NCBI GenBank assembly: GCA_049999805.1
Contig: JBNGIO010006249.1
Coordinates: 255,589-319,588 of the forward strand
Origin: Folioceros fuciformis
Lineage: Eukaryota
Direction of reading: 5' to 3'
DNA: 64,000 bases
Shown here piece after piece: positions 61,951-64,000 of the stretch; the first letter of the stretch is position 1, and each line of letters starts with the position of its first letter. The translations under genes and the position numbers were made by a program. Below the pieces are notes generated by a model, which ran no database searches, had not been told where the DNA came from, and saw only the letters and a list, made by a program, of their open reading frames with translations.

Positions 61951-64000
61951 TCAAGCAAGCAGCCCAGCGTCAACGTAAGTATCTTTCTCTGAAACCTCCT
62001 TCCCAACCTGCTCAAGCAGCAAGACCACATGCTGGATTGTGGGTCTTTTCTGCGGGATGTGACTCACACACATAGTGGCTACGTCTAAAACTTGGAGCAT
62101 TTCGCTCTCGTAACCTTGATGTCGCAATAGGACATCAAAGGTCTCTTCTGCAGTTCCCTTATTCTTCATCTGCTGCACCCAAGACACCAGGTCAGCCACC
62201 CCTTTCTTGCGGGAGACCTCTACTGGCCGTCGGCGAGTCAGAAGCTCTAATACTACGACACCAAAACTGTACACATCGCCCCTCAGTGTGGCAATCCATG
62301 CTTGCCCATATTCTGGAGGGATATACCCAAGAGTGCCCACCAACTCAGTCGTCACGTGCGTATCAGCGTTGGCCAGGTGTCTTGCAAGCCCAAAATCTGC
62401 AAGATGGGCCTCAAACTTCTCATTGAGGAGAATGTTGCTGCTCTTTATGTCCCTGTGAACAATGTGAGGCTCACACATTTGATGGAGGTACGCGAGCCCT
62501 CTGGCAGTACCCAGTGCAATCCTTCGTCTCATGGGCCAGTCTAGCTTCGATCCACCGTCACTCTTTTCATGCAGCCAGAAATCTAGACTCCCGTTCTCCA
62601 TGTAGTTGTAGATGAGCAAACGGTCGCTCCCAAACCTACAGTAGCCTTGCAGAGCCACCAGATTCTTGTGCTGAATTCGACCCAGCGTTAGTAGCTCTGC
62701 TTGCACCTCCCGCTCAGCTTGCCCTGTGTCACCAGTCAATCTTTTGATGGCCACATGAGTTCCATCTGACAGGGTTGCCCGGAATACTAAACCAAAACCA
62801 CCACACCCTATGATGTTGGATTGGTCGAAGTTGTTGGTAGCCTTAACCAAGTCAGCCGGAGACAGTTTAGACAACTGATCATTGAGATACAGGTCAACAC
62901 TGAAACTAACCATCCCGTCATCTGTGTACTCAGTCTCATCATCAGTTGGTGACTTGACACGGCGTCGAGATAGAATGCACATCGTCAGCAAAGCCAACAC
63001 ACCGGCCAGACCAACGCCAACTCCCATGGTCAGTCCCAAGATGGCTCTTTTGCTTAGCCTTCGGTCATCGTACACAGGCAAATATGAGCTGTGAGGACTG
63101 GAGGCTGTGTCAAACATAGTGCCACATTTCTGCGACAAAGACCCACCACAAAGAAGAGGGTTACCAAGAAAGGAGGTACTAGGGAAGGAATCAAACTGGG
63201 GACCTTCAGGAATGGGACCAGAGAGGTTGTTATTCGAGACATCGAACAAAGCAAGAAAGTTCAGCGCTGTCAACGAGGAAGGGATAGGGCCAGACAGGGA
63301 ATTGTTGGCAAGGTTCAGGGAGTACATGTTACTCATGTTTGACAATGAGTCCGGAATAGGGCCAGTCAGATTATTGTGGCTCAGATCAAGGGCCATGACA
63401 CTGCGTAACCAGCCCAGTGCATCGGGAATCTGACCATGAAACTGGTTGTACCCAAGAAGCAGTGAAGGAGGAAAGGAACTCAACTTGGTGTATCTCTGAG
63501 GATAGGCACCACTGCTTGTGTTCTTTCTCACAAAGAGAACAAGCGTGGTAACCTCAACCAGACCAGTAGTACTCACGCTCTCTCCTCTAAAACTTGGGGC
63601 AGTGGACAGATTATGTGGAATAGGACCTGTCAAAGTGTTGTTTGAAAGTTCCAAGTAGATCAAATGCTGCAGGTCGCTAATCCACGGTGGTATAGAGCCG
63701 TTGAAGTGATTCCACGACAGATCCAACAATTGCAACTTGCTGCAGTTACCAATCCAGTCCGGAATTGGCCCCTTGAGACCACAAAACCCTACAGCCAGGA
63801 GCTGCAGGTTAGGAAATGGTGAAATTTTAGCAGGAATCTCACCCCCCAGCCAAGGATTCTTTGTCAAGAGCATGGACACCAAGGCCGTACATCCATCCAA
63901 CTCTGGTGGTATGCCCCCTGTGAGATTGTTAAAAGACAGAGATAAGGTTGTTAGGTTCTTCAACAGTCCGAGCTGAGGAGGGATCATCCCAGTGAGACTG
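61951..64000 (-). CDS. PSKR: LRR receptor-like kinase, PSKR/PSY1R-like (LRR-X); 5' end lies outside the window
   Basis: Plant LRRs with an island domain (LFVRKNTSSGAYPQRYTKLSSFPPSLLL) resembling PSKR, a TM helix, and a kinase with IIGCGGFGLV, HRDIKSSN, DFGLAR and THVTTELVGTLGYIPPEYGQAWIAT. Confidence 0.92.
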   Translation of the reverse strand, partial: SLTGMIPPQLGLLKNLTTLSLSFNNLTGGIPPELDGCTALVSMLLTKNPWLGGEIPAKISPFPNLQLLAVGFCGLKGPIPDWIGNCSKLQLLDLSWNHFNGSIPPWISDLQHLIYLELSNNTLTGPIPHNLSTAPSFRGESVSTTGLVEVTTLVLFVRKNTSSGAYPQRYTKLSSFPPSLLLGYNQFHGQIPDALGWLRSVMALDLSHNNLTGPIPDSLSNMSNMYSLNLANNSLSGPIPSSLTALNFLALFDVSNNNLSGPIPEGPQFDSFPSTSFLGNPLLCGGSLSQKCGTMFDTASSPHSSYLPVYDDRRLSKRAILGLTMGVGVGLAGVLALLTMCILSRRRVKSPTDDETEYTDDGMVSFSVDLYLNDQLSKLSPADLVKATNNFDQSNIIGCGGFGLVFRATLSDGTHVAIKRLTGDTGQAEREVQAELLTLGRIQHKNLVALQGYCRFGSDRLLIYNYMENGSLDFWLHEKSDGGSKLDWPMRRRIALGTARGLAYLHQMCEPHIVHRDIKSSNILLNEKFEAHLADFGLARHLANADTHVTTELVGTLGYIPPEYGQAWIATLRGDVYSFGVVVLELLTRRRPVEVSRKKGVADLVSWVQQMKNKGTAEETFDVLLRHQGYESEMLQVLDVATMCVSHIPQKRPTIQHVVLLLEQVGKEVSEKDTYVDAGLLA

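Overview
Eukaryotic nuclear DNA from a compact land-plant genome. Short GT-AG introns (mostly 80-120 nt), dense GC-rich genes and the gene set fit a non-seed plant, most plausibly a hornwort-like bryophyte (inference). Genes in order: a fatty-acid-hydroxylase/sterol-desaturase family gene, a COI1-like F-box/LRR receptor, a nested transposon block (Harbinger relic < Ty1/copia < 2-kb TG..CA insert carrying a gypsy integrase-PHD fragment; then a second copia relic with a solo LTR), a CASTOR/POLLUX/DMI1 channel, an unannotated 14-exon gene, an F-box pseudogene, and then a housekeeping cluster (CHLM, CGLD27/Ycf36, RRP15, Obg GTPase, phosphoglycolate phosphatase, UPF0114, DUF1664, small HSP, RPL5) and a 5'-truncated PSKR-like LRR-RLK. 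The main finding is the 14-exon minus-strand gene at 31436-34196, which the ORF track shows only as fragments. Manual splicing gives an uninterrupted ~490-aa protein. It has an N-terminal amphipathic beta-strand region, resembling plastid outer-envelope beta-barrels, fused to an Amidase_3-like (N-acetylmuramoyl-L-alanine amidase) domain with all four metal/catalytic residues. It is therefore a candidate envelope-anchored chloroplast peptidoglycan hydrolase. Second, the DMI1 gene has a tandemly duplicated, diverged exon 8 pair that looks mutually exclusive, and it carries the ADAGNHA filter variant. Four 100-N assembly gaps limit some calls. All homology statements come from motif recognition by eye; no searches were run.
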